Shown here piece by piece: positions 37,543 through 48,965 of a stretch of DNA of 64,000 bases (position 1 is its first letter; every line of letters begins with the position of its first letter). Source of the stretch: Asterias rubens (lineage: Eukaryota); NCBI RefSeq assembly GCF_902459465.1, contig NC_047080.1, positions 496,001 through 560,000 of the forward strand, in the 5' to 3' direction. The translations under genes and the position numbers were made by a program. The notes beneath the pieces were generated by a model. That model did not search any database and was not told the origin of the DNA. It saw nothing but the letters and a program-made list of their open reading frames with translations.

Positions 37543-40196
37543 TTAACTTTTAGCACCCTCGTAAGTTCCGTGTCCAAAGACACCCGTCCTAGCTGTGCAG
37601 TCTGTAGCATGGCTATCCAGCGCTTTGTTCCTCGCTTCGATAGAGCGGAATGTTTCCAAGTGGGGGAGTTTTCTCTGGAACTTGGGCATCTGCCAGAGGG
37701 GCGGGGCTTCCACTGTTGGGCAGAACTTGCGGAGGAGGGAGGCTCTTGTTTCGTAGATTCCTTTGTTGAGGCTTTGCTGTTGATGAGAACAAGATTAGGG
37801 GTTATAAGTGCTATTCAAAATGGTGAAAAATTAAAATAATAATATGTGGAAATTTATGGCAAAGAGTGTTATGGAGAAATACCTGGATCTTATTCTTACC
37901 TTTTGCTGGAGGCGATCTCTCTTGACAAGTTCGGTTTTCCTTCTGTCGTTTAACCATCGATCCTGATATCTGTGTTCTAGAAGATCAAATACTGGCGTCG
38001 AAGGTCTGAAAAATAACACAAATCAATTCAATAAACTTCATTAAGATGATTATCAAACATAACTCTTGATATAAAAATGTTAAATTTGCATCAAGGATCA
38101 AACAAAATTTGTTTAAAAGCACATGATGGAATTTTGATAACTTCCGAAAGATTGTTACAAAATTAATTTACCCCGTCAGTTTCCCTAAAATTGTTTTAGT
38201 TTGGGTCGTTTCAGTTAAACAATACTTGTTTTTTGATGGTTTCATCTGAAATTTATTAATTTGGCTGTCAGTGTCAGTTCTAACAAATTTTAGACCTGCA
38301 ATTGCAATCAACTGCAATTGTTCAACCTGAAAGATTGTCAATTGTTTAAAAAAGCTTTTTTACTTTTTAAGCTCTACACGTCTGTCTTAGTCTGTTTCTT
38401 TCCAATTTTAATTTCCCTGGTCTTTATTCTCACCTTGTTGAGATTCCAAAAGTCATGGAGGCTGGTATCCTCTTAATCTTGGTCTTATTCTTCTCCTCTT
38501 CTGCAACACGGCGTCTCACGTCGTGAGTTGCTCTGTATTCAAACTGCTCTTTGGCTGTCACCAACCCAGACCCAACGCATGCTTTATTCAGTGCGACAAA
38601 GTCTCTATCTGGTTTCTTCTCCTTTCGGAAGATTGGAAGAGCCGCTGTGGGGGACCACCCAGTCATGGCTTCTGCTGCACCTCCGTCTTTGGCAAGGTTT
38701 GGTCGACCGTAGGTGAAATCATAATCAGGAAGAGTGAAGCCACGTTTGGCTGGCCTTCCAAGCTCTGTCTGATATTGAAAAAGATGAAGAAAACAATGCA
38801 TTTATTACATAACATGTATTTGTTATGATACCACTGGCACTGTAAGTGTAATGTTATTGCTTAAACACATTAATAATTATCAATGTTTGGTATACAGAGA
38901 AGACTGTCGGCAAAATAGTTGTTCGGTTTATGTTGCCATTGTTGGCTAAATAATGTCTAGTTGCGATAATCGTAACCCTCCATCCTCCCGACGGTCGGAG
39001 ACCGGAGGGTTACGACACAAGACTGATATTATCGGTGTAACTAGCAGTTTTGACCAGTTTTTGCCAGACTTCGTGATCAGATTCGTCCTTTTTTTCCACT
39101 TTCCAAAATCATGACAGACATTCTAAACACATGGAGTTGATCTTTATTGTATGACAACGTCATCTGGAACCCTTAAAACAACATCATGAAAATATTTGGC
39201 AGAAAAAACGACAAAAACTTACCAAAAGACTGACCGAATATATCCATAATCCATAGCGGGGTCAACTAGTGATTTTGAACGTCGCACTTGCTTGGCAACA
39301 ACCAATCAGCGTGACCCAACCATGTGGGGGTATGGAGCAGCACACGGTACTTACGAGCTGTATAGTTTGTGCACACACGATGTTCATACAGTACATGTAC
39401 ATGTACATGCCTGCATGCTGCGCAAGTACCGTGTGTTGCTCCATACCCCCACATGGTTGGGTCACGCTGATTGGTTGTTGCCAAGCAAGTGCGACGTTCA
39501 AAATCACAAGTTGACCCCGCTATGGATTATGTATATATTCGGTCAGTCTTTTGGTAAGTTTTTGTCGTTTTTTCTGCCAAATATTTTCATGATGTTGTTT
39601 TAAGGGTTTCAGATGACGTTGTCATACAATAAAGATCAACTCCATGTGTTTAGAATGTCTGTCATGATTTTGGAGAGTGGAAAAAAAGGACGAATCTGAT
39701 CACGAGTCTGGCAAAAACTGGTCAAAACTGCTAGTTACACCGATAATATCAGGCTTGTGTCGTAACCCTCCGGTCTCCGACCGTCGGGAGGATGGAGGGT
39801 TACGATTATCGCAACTAAATAATGTCCTGCCTAAAAAAAATAAGTAGAGTTTGATAACACAGGCATTTATGGGTGTCCTCTATAAAATAAACTATAGTTT
39901 TTTTTTACAGTAGAAATTTTCTAAAACTTTGTTGTGACTTTTGATAAAGGAAAACAAACATTTACAAAATAAGTTTAAACTTTCAGCCAACTAAAAACTT
40001 GTTCTTCAAACCAAGCACACAGGTAGTTAAACAATTTCCAACAAAGTCCAAAAATTCTGCTATAGTTATAGTATAGTAATAGTATTCGTAACCATCAAAA
40101 TTTTTATATCAAAATAAAAATAAATCAACCACATACCTTCATTAAGAGAGGGTTATCGAAAGCATCGGTTGGCATCCCAACTGCTGCCTGACTCAT
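37543..40196 (-). CDS. CFAP77: Cilia- and flagella-associated protein 77 (C9orf171 homolog), 244 aa
   Basis: Four exons with consistent phases: 40196-40137, 38768-38434, 38005-37900, 37776-37543 (735 nt). The spliced protein reads DNPLLMKTELGRPAKRGFTLPDYDFTYG...DRDFVALNKACVGSGLVTAKEQFEYRATHD...FGISTRPSTPVFDLLEHRYQDRWL...ETRASLLR...LWQMPKF, matching CFAP77 motifs. Confidence 0.92.
38958..39817. mobile_element. 860-bp foldback (Mutator/FB-like) non-autonomous element in CFAP77 intron 1
   Basis: Arms 38958-39352 and 39424-39817 are near-perfect reverse complements around a ~71-bp spacer. The element is flanked on both sides by AATAATGTC (38949-38957 and 39818-39826), a 9-bp TSD (10 bp if the terminal A is counted). 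Confidence 0.9.
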
Positions 40197-40420
40197 CTTG
40201 ACGACTGGTGTTTTATAAAAACCTGGATTTAAAGAAGTTTTACTCAAGTTTCTTGCGAGAGTGCCTTACAAATTTGCTATGTCCGCCGCACGAATGGTGA
40301 GTGGATATGGTGCGAGTTAGTTCCGTGTAGACACTGGTCCAGTTTATTGTTTGTTGTGTGCATGTGTTTTGTGTGTGCTGAAAAGTTGTATTGGTTACGG
40401 AGAGGCGTGGAAGAAAAGGG

Positions 40421-40434
40421 AGTCCCATGGTAAC
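40421..40434 (-). promoter_or_regulatory. Candidate RFX X-box about 225 bp upstream of the CFAP77 ATG
   Basis: The minus strand reads GTTACCATGGGACT: one perfect half-site and one imperfect. Ciliary genes are typical RFX targets. Confidence 0.4.
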
Positions 40435-41267
40435 GACCAAAAGAGGGCGCTATACAGTTTTTTAACGGTCGATCAAAAACTTTGCACCGGTTTTTTAACC
40501 TCATAACCCGCTGTCACTAAAAACATCTAGGTGAAAATGTAACTTTGTAAACAATATCAGTGGCTTTTAACTAGGTACGGCAGTTAATGAAGGTGCTCGA
40601 TGGGTCCCCGATTACCGTAAGCGACCAATCCTTGATAAAAATGGGCGGTTTTTCCAAACGGGTTAGTAAGGAATTTGCTTTCATTCATGGCATGCGGGCA
40701 TGACACCCCTCCATTTATTGTTGTCACTCAGTACATTTTAGTGTTATCATGTCCTTTCTCTATGGTTACACTTATAACGAATTGCATGCCCAAGCGAAGC
40801 AAAGCTGTCAACGAACCACAAGAATTCCCCTTTTATTCTTTATAACACAACGCATTGCAATGCGTTCCATCGAGTCGGTGGTAAATTACAAAATGGAGCC
40901 ATTGCAATAAATTCAACGATTCAATAAGAACGTCACAAACAATGCTCGTTACAGCAATGAAAAACCAATCAAGAAATATCTCTGGACTCTGTGTTTTTGA
41001 GCAAGGACTTTTGTTTTAAAATGGGGCGAGACGAAAATTGGGCACTGTGTGTGAATAGAAAACACATCAACGGGTGGGGGGGGGGGGGGGGGAGACAAGC
41101 CTCTATATAGTTCATGTGGCCTCTGCGGACCGCGGCTGCTGTGCCCGGTAATGGCCGACAATAATACGGCCGCGCCCCCATGGCTTTAGTGCGTCATCCC
41201 GAGTCTGTCTGTTGTTTGTCTGAGTTTGGCCTTCCCCCTAGTGTTCTTAATAATAAATAATTGTTAA

Positions 41268-41400
41268 GGATAACTTTCCGTATGGCGCCACCACTTTTTC
41301 ACTCATTTTTACAAAAAGGGATATGTTAATCAGGTAAATTACATACTATATTATTTTATTTCGAATGAAAAAGTGGTGGCGCCATACGGAAACTTTTCCA
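41268..41400. mobile_element. ~130-bp MITE (GGATAACTTTCCGTATGGCGCCACCAC ... GTGGTGGCGCCATACGGAAACTTTTCC)
   Basis: Terminal inverted repeats; same family as the copies at 9349-9595. Confidence 0.75.
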
Positions 41401-44400
41401 TTGTTAACAATAAGAAGTTCATGAAATGGGTACTTACCCTGGGGGAAGAGGGGCAGTGGGGTATGTGCATCTAACCATGGAGGAAGAAACTAACGAACAT
41501 CGCGTGGGCTGTTACATGTTACGGTCATCAAGGAGATTCTTTCCCTCGAAGAGTCTAGGTGTTTGATGCTGTGCATAACATCCTCAACATTCCTTGAGAA
41601 CCATGCTTTGGTTTTTTGTTTCTTTGTCCCTGCATTTAAAAGTTCATACAAAATTCCAGGTTGAGCACCCCGGTCTTTAGTTTCCATTTGGATGGAGACC
41701 TTTTATTTCCCCCTTTTTGTTTTAACCTTGGTCTCGATGGGTGCACCCCACCAACTATACAAGGAGAAAACAGAGATGTGGGCTCATGTTTGTAGCCCTT
41801 AAAAAATATTCTACAAAATACAGATTGTTTAAGAGCCCCCCCCCCCATAGAAAGGCTTTCAGTGTAAAACATTGCCCCATTTGCCCCTATTTCGTGCTAA
41901 TGAAATTCGAAATAATACGATATTCCGTGTTTCAAATAATTAATATGTTTAGAGCTCGTGATTTTGAAACAATTTCGAGCACGCGAACTGAATTAAATTT
42001 TGTTATGATTTGTTGCTGGGAATATTAATATTATTACCAATTTTGCCGTCAATTTGTAACTAGGTCATTGTGTGACCCTCCCTCTGAGGCCATCACATTG
42101 TGTGATAATTATATTTATTTGAAAACTAGAAGGTGGTCAATTTAGATAGAAGGGGTAAATTAATTTACTCTTTCGATTACAGTGTTGTTCTTTCGGCCTC
42201 TAAAGACGCAAGGTCATTGCTTAAACTGCACTTCCTTAAATTCAACAACAAACTCACAAAGGATAAAATTATATTCACAGTGCAGTTATGATATTGCAAA
42301 GCGGAGTGTTGCGATTTCGAGAGAGCTATAGAGGTTGAAGTGTTTCGTCAATATTTTGACTGATAACGATAGTTTTTAAAGCCTTAAGTCTTGCGATGCG
42401 TCTTGACTCTTCACGGCTTGATACACGATCGATTTTTTTTACCATGATAGCGTCTCTGTTTTTTTCCCCATCCTCTTATAGAACACTCAATCCCGGGTGT
42501 AAATCTCCATGCTGGGCCCCTTGATTGCAATCTGCCATATGAAAGGCTAAACCTAGTGTGTCAGAGGTCACCAATGCGGTTCAGAGGGAGGCAACCCCCC
42601 CCCCCGCCCCAGCACTAGAGAACCACACCATTTTTTTTTTATGTTGGACAAATTTCGTCTCATTTTCTTCACCAGGCCGACATAAAAAGTCGAATTCAGT
42701 TGAGAGTCTGAAAAAAATATCATCACTTGCTTGACAAATGGCTACTGCTGCTGCAGTGCCCTGGGGGTGAACCCCTGGGAAAACCAAGTAGCCTCGCCTC
42801 ACTCTATTAATACTCCGTATTGGGCTCCATTGGATGATGGGAATATCGTGCAATGGACACTGCTCCAAGATTGAGGACGAAGATCAATTTTAATTAATGA
42901 TATATTTTTGTAAACAACATATTCAGCTACTTCTGACAAAACCACATTTCATTTTAATACACCATAATAATAACAACATTTTGTGCATGGTATACAATAT
43001 TATAATGAACCTCAACAGACACGGCAAATTCTTGTTAAGCAAGAACGACATGCCTCGTTATTTGCTTTGTAAAAATATAGACAGTGAACAATAACACATT
43101 GCAAAGGCAGACGCAATTGTATTATTAGACTCTTCAAGATGGTATTATAATACCTCGTTTAGCTAAAGAACATTCGGATTATGTTGCATGGGCAAATGCA
43201 CGTCTAGTGATATTATCAAACTAATTAGCTTTAAAACAAGCTTTAAAATAGACTTTCAGAAAAACATGTTGTACACGTGAATGCTAATATGGCTGTATTT
43301 TTGACGCCATTATAAGTCGTGTGTTGGTCACATGGGACGTCCCACACTCATTCATCGTTCTGACTCTCAAAAGCATTTCATACAAAGGAACTAATGGTGA
43401 TTCTGACAAGACCTTTAAAAAATGTGTTTCAGATGTTTTTGTTAATGTTGTTTCCTTACATAAACCTTCAAAAACTAGGTATTAAAGTTCGCAGAACTTT
43501 CTTTGGGAAACGTACTTGAATCGTTGGGATCAGCATACGCGTACAATGAGTGAGGTCACACTGAAAGATTATCAACTGACTGTTAAGCCGACGTGTGGCG
43601 TGGTAGTTTGGTTGGTATTAACCTTATTCTGGTAAGCATAATTTTGTGCTTAGCTATAGGCCTAGTCTTTTTTGTGGTTAATAGCAGCTCAATGAAATTG
43701 GGCTCTAATGCTAAATGTTACATTTGCAAATACATGGTGAATGCCCAAGCTGGACGCTCGCCAACCAGTGAAATAACTCATATTTTACATCCAAGCTTAT
43801 ATATCCTGCTAAAGTTACAGCGAAAATGTGCTTACCGCTAAGAAGCAACCCCAAACTTGGCTCCACTGTTTTGTTTTGGTATAGTTGTAACCACTAACCA
43901 TTGATCTCCATTATACTATAAATGGATCCATTATATAAATGGAGATCGATGCCAATAAATATTTCGCGTTGGCGGCCAGTGATTAGATAACCAATGGCCA
44001 ATTCAACCGACACAGTTATTGGTTAACGACCGCCAAAACACACCCAAGGGGTATGTGCGCAGATGGGGGGGGGGGGGACACCCCTGGGGACGAGGCTGGT
44101 TATGAGGACGTCATCAACATGTGTGAAGTTCAGCCTCGTTCACTGACCTACTCTGGGTCTTCGGTCTCGTTCTCAAATATCTGCACACCATTTCTCCACT
44201 CACGTAGACTAACACATCAACAAATACTTGTTTCGTGCCATTTCAAGCTTCATGGACAATACATCCCTCATATAATAGACGGGGTCGCATGATTAGCAAC
44301 TCCGGGCTGCGATGTTAAAAGGCACTGGACGCCATTTCAGTAAGCAGTTCCGCTGATGCAACAATAGACCATAGTACAGATAATTACCATTGATATCAAT

Positions 44401-45168
44401 GATATAGCAAGACATTTGTTTGCCGAAATGGCACCAATGCCCCAGAGTTCCAGTTGTTCATCTTGCGGGGCTCTATAATACGACCAATCACATCTCACAC
44501 AAACTCACTCACTTTCTACCGACCCGCCCATTCAAAGTCAAACCATAAAATGAAGTTATTTTCGAGAAAACTGTTTTTGAAAACATAAAAACCGCAACGC
44601 TGATTTCAATTGCCCTGTCACACGGTTCAATTTACACGCAACCAGTTCCAGGCAATTGCAAATCGCCAAGAAGAAAAGGAACACATTTAAATGTGCACTT
44701 GGGGATCGTGAGACACTGTTTAAACAAACTGCTCCTGTGCTAGCAAAGTGGTCACGCAGCAGGCACTGCAGTTGGTTGCTTCCTCCAAGTTGCCTGTAAA
44801 GGTTGCCCCGTATGACAAGGCTTCCTTACACGCGATCAGCGTCTGTCAGCAAATACCCACTCAACCATTTTCAAGATTCTCTCACTTTACAGTCGATTTA
44901 ATTTTAGACGGTGCACAAATACTTGTCGAAATGCCAATGGTTCCGTTATTTTGAATAACAACATAGAGCAGTCACCTTCTGCTTCTCATTCAGTCAAACC
45001 AACGTATACCAAACCGAGGGTGGAAGGGGAAATAGTGAGGTCCCTGTTTCTATAAAAATTAAGAAACGCATTCAGTGTGTTTGGACACAGGGTATAATAC
45101 AAAGATGGCGGAATCATGTGCGTTCATCCAAATTATAGGGATATCAATCTCATTCATCCTTTTACATT

Positions 45169-45562
45169 GGGTGCGTTCAATTAGCTTTCCTGTGTCGACC
45201 CCGGTCTGCCCCCGGTCTGCTTACCCGGGTCGTGAATTTTGTTTCTTCGCCAAACAACATTGCAATATTGTTTTCCCCTGCCGCTGTGATTGGCCCTTTC
45301 CGTCAAAATTACGTCATAATGAAATTGGCCTGCTCTTTTACCAAGTCATTGCAATGTCGTTTGGGAAAAAAATTAGCACCATGGTCAACCCCCAATGCCC
45401 TGTTTGTGGAGCGGGTCACTTGGGGCTGGCCCGAGGTGCATGACGTAACATCGAGAGGGCGAGTGTGATCGTTTGATTATAACAGCTCTCCTCAGGGGCT
45501 CATCGAGTGAGCACCGCGGGGCCGACACGGGGTCGACACGGGGAAGGTAATCGAACGCACCC
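45169..45562. mobile_element. ~395-bp MITE with GGGTGCGTTC(A/G)ATTA inverted ends and 3-bp TSD (PIF/Harbinger-like)
   Basis: gggtgcgttcaattagctttcctgtgtcgacccc versus ggggtcgacacggggaaggtaatcgaacgcaccc, with ATT directly on both flanks. Confidence 0.75.
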
Positions 45563-46547
45563 ATTATACCATGTAATCCGTGTTATCACTTGTTTACAAA
45601 AGATCAACAGAGCCTGGACTTGCGGCGCGATTATGACTACAAGGCCTGGTTGTTATAATTATTTGATACCAAGAAAGGGGGCATATCTTAAAACTTGATT
45701 AGCTGTTACTTTGTATATCTCTGGAACTTGGTAGCTATGGCACAAAATGTAAACATGTCCCATAATGAGCAGTGTATACCTTGCCTGTTAAATGGCCACT
45801 CTATTCACAAACATACAAGGTCTTTTCAATACTGGTTCTCCAACTAAGGTTGATTCCAAAAAGAGCTGAGCTTAATCTTTCATGTGCATAAGCCTTAAAT
45901 TCTAATAACAGTGTGATATGAGAGTTTAATTCACTATTATGGCCATGTTTGTCCCCTCCCCCCCCCCAAAAAAAAGCATCTACTGTTATTATCTCACCCC
46001 AAAATATGAAACAAATCGAGAAAAGTGGTACAATGTTAGTATTCATTCAATCCTTCTTATAGACGGCATGATATTGTGTGAAGACTGTTTTTATGAAACT
46101 CTAAATCGTGTGGAAAATACCGGACATTCACTCTGAAAAGAGTCGTCCGTCATACGGCTCTTTCCGAGAATGGTATGGCGGACAAAAAGAGTGATTTTTC
46201 AAAACTCGTTTACGTTAAGAATTAAGAGAGGCCCGGACCCTGGTATCTGTGTCTAAATGACCCCAAAATGGGTTATTTTGACGCAGATCTCCTGGAGGTT
46301 AATAGTAAATATTACACTGTATACGGCATCAGCCTGACCCAGAAATATTGTTCAAAATATGGCTGCTCGACAAAAATAAGCAAATTTATACCAGCCACAT
46401 ATTGTACATGACGTAAAACGGTCTTTTGATTGTGCTAGGCTACTTGTTATGCTTTAAGCAGCTCTCCTGGTTCCCCGAGACACAGACTCCGGGTGAATTC
46501 TGCCGACCCAGGTGTTTTTTTAGAGGGTTTAGTGTAAGTTCTGTCTG

Positions 46548-47699
46548 TCACAGTTGGACCACATACATGGGGTTCGATTGCACAGACGACCCACCCTGTA
46601 CCGTGGTTGTTGTTGGACTAATTGTTATTTGGTCCAAATTAACAAGTGTCCTCGATGTTCTGCTCGAAGGGGGCCCATCTTCTTTCCAGCATACCATACA
46701 CGTGAGAGCTCTCTTCAAGACTTTCTTAATGTTCCTCCGAAACTCGGCGTAGCGGTACGCGTATATGATGGGGTTTACCCCGGAGTTAGCAAACGCCAGC
46801 GTGTGCAAGACGGCCTCGATCATGGGGAAGCGAATGGTATCCGAGCCGGGGTCTCGATGGGAGTTGAGGTACTCCATGGTGAAGTTATAGATGTAAATCG
46901 GCAGCCAGCAGAACAGGAACGCCCCAACAACGATGGCCGTGGTTTTGGTGGCTTTCATGTTAATGGCTCGCGTAGACCTGGATGGGTTGTTTTTGGCCGC
47001 TGTGGTCGGTTCAACGATGGCGTTGATGCGTCGGATGTTACGGCGAGCTGCGATAATAATCTGAGCGTATAGAATCACCATGAGCACTAAAGGAATCGCG
47101 AATGTCAGCATGAAGGAGAGAAAGAAGTAGGCGAAATGTAAGACCTGATCAATGTAACAGAAATGGAGTGTTTTGACCGGTCTTCTCCAACCCATGAATG
47201 GGGTCAGGCCGACAATTGATGTGACCAACCACGTTGTTACGATCATAACGGTGCTCCGGCGAGTTGTCATCAGTTGGTGATAAACCAACGGGAAGATAAC
47301 GGCGAGAAAACGGTCGAATGCTATACACAGTACGTGCAGCATGGAGATACCGCAAGACACCTGAATCCAAATGACGATCACCAGGCAGAAGTAAAAGTCC
47401 GTCTTCAGGGATTCAGCGAGAATACCGAGGTAGAAGACGGGGACGAGCGACATGCCGACCAGGCAGTCAGCCACGGCCAGACTCGCTATGAATTTATTGG
47501 TAGTCTGCTGTAGGAGCAGCGTGGCTGAACTGCTACACACCGCGGCGATGACAAAGAGATTCCCGGTGCAGATGAAGAGCGACATCGGGAGAAGAATCCC
47601 GAAAATGTAATAGACGAAGATAGTCAGATCCTCCTTGGGACTTTCTCCGTCATCGTGATACAGACTTGAGTTCATGTTTGAGTTATCATCTAGGAGCAT
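46548..47699 (-). CDS. Intronless rhodopsin-family (class A) GPCR, adenosine-receptor-like, 383 aa
   Basis: Single ORF; the first ATG is at 47699 (the track's start at 47714 is a GTG). Seven hydrophobic segments with GNLFV, SLAVADCLVG, DRF, the TM4 W...P...GW, CWLP and NSGVNPIIYAYR-x2-EFR motifs. It lacks the TM3 Asp of aminergic receptors. Confidence 0.92.
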   Translation of the reverse strand: MLLDDNSNMNSSLYHDDGESPKEDLTIFVYYIFGILLPMSLFICTGNLFVIAAVCSSSATLLLQQTTNKFIASLAVADCLVGMSLVPVFYLGILAESLKTDFYFCLVIVIWIQVSCGISMLHVLCIAFDRFLAVIFPLVYHQLMTTRRSTVMIVTTWLVTSIVGLTPFMGWRRPVKTLHFCYIDQVLHFAYFFLSFMLTFAIPLVLMVILYAQIIIAARRNIRRINAIVEPTTAAKNNPSRSTRAINMKATKTTAIVVGAFLFCWLPIYIYNFTMEYLNSHRDPGSDTIRFPMIEAVLHTLAFANSGVNPIIYAYRYAEFRRNIKKVLKRALTCMVCWKEDGPPSSRTSRTLVNLDQITISPTTTTVQGGSSVQSNPMYVVQL

Positions 47700-48850
47700 C
47701 GTACCACAATTCACTCCAAGTCTTTCAGCAGCATCTTATTCTTACCGCAATTCACTCCAAGTGTCTTAAGAAGCGTCTTCACTTTATCACAGCCTTGCTC
47801 TGTTGAAATGTCACCTTAAAACAAACCCCGCAAATTTCCCTTGAGTGGACCTTTAACGCGACGAGTCCATCTTGTTTTCCCCTCACATTCACATCAATGG
47901 AAATCAAACCAAGGCTGGAATGCAACAATGGACAGTCCACTTGTTGGTATGATGAATTGATGTATACTTAAGTCGAGGAACATGCCGAATACGCAGTAGT
48001 AGGGTCAGCGCAAAAAACCCTTGATGAAAACTGAGCAGACTTCACCGCCCTCTTATATAGTCCTACCCAAAACACAACTGAAAACCGAGTGAAACACGCC
48101 ACCGATGTGTTTTTTAATTCAAGTCAGCGACACTCCCGTATCCGCTTGATGTAACCAAAACTCAGCCAGTCAAACTCAGCGTTCACGAATCATTTGAGAT
48201 GTCACTTCCCATCGGATTTTGACAGTTTTTGTATGCTTTTTTTTTTAGACATGACAGATAGTCTGAATAGTCTATCACGTGTCTTCGTACATTATTACTG
48301 TGCGGCCAATAAGATTGCATGGACGAGTTCATTCAATCAGAGGGTGGTAATCATTTTTAAATATTGTGAAAAACACATTTTTACACAATAGAGCATTTTG
48401 TAAATTATTTACGTGTTTTGACCCGCTTCAGTAATTTAATTAAATAAAAAAAATTAAAAAACTGAGCATCGACATTAGAACTGAGAAGTCTCCCGAATTA
48501 CGAAAATCTTATATTCCGCGGTATTGGAACATAAAGCAAGACAGTCACTATAAAGAACAAAATATCTTAACAAGTAGACACACACACATGGAGTTACCGC
48601 AAACCATAACAAGGACCTCCCTTGTCATATTTTGTTTGAACCTGGACGAGCAACATGATATTTATTTTATTTGGCCTTAGAAATAGCAAATGAAATGGTA
48701 ATGGACACCAAGGCAAAACAAAAAAACGGGAAATGGGGGAAAATTTCCACCGCATAGGAACTTCTCTCTTGGGAAGTAAGAGACCACGATGAGCAAGACG
48801 GCAGAGAAACGAGATAGTCGTCCGCGTGGGATCAACACCCTGACAAAGAC

Positions 48851-48965
48851 TAGCCTTTTGTCAAGGCCTTGGAGTTCCGAAGCGGGGGGGGGGGGGGCAG
48901 TCTCCTGTTCAGCCGCTTGGGATCGCGGCGGCTCTCACAACCATTAAGGCCTTGACAGAAGGCTA
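48851..48965. mobile_element. Short MITE-like inverted repeat
   Basis: tagccttttgtcaaggcctt ... aaggccttgacagaaggcta. Confidence 0.55.

Noticed and set aside
39262-39603. Mirror-image ORFs on both strands (MILNVALAW..., MATTNQRDP...)
   Set aside because: Artifacts of the palindromic element, with no coding features.
40500-46400. Short ORFs between CFAP77 and the GPCR (for example 42581-42868, 44053-44292)
   Set aside because: No domain motifs and no phase-consistent exon chain; the region looks like regulatory and repeat DNA.
46426-47513. Plus-strand ORFs overlapping the GPCR
   Set aside because: Antisense shadows of GC-rich coding sequence, with no recognisable motifs.
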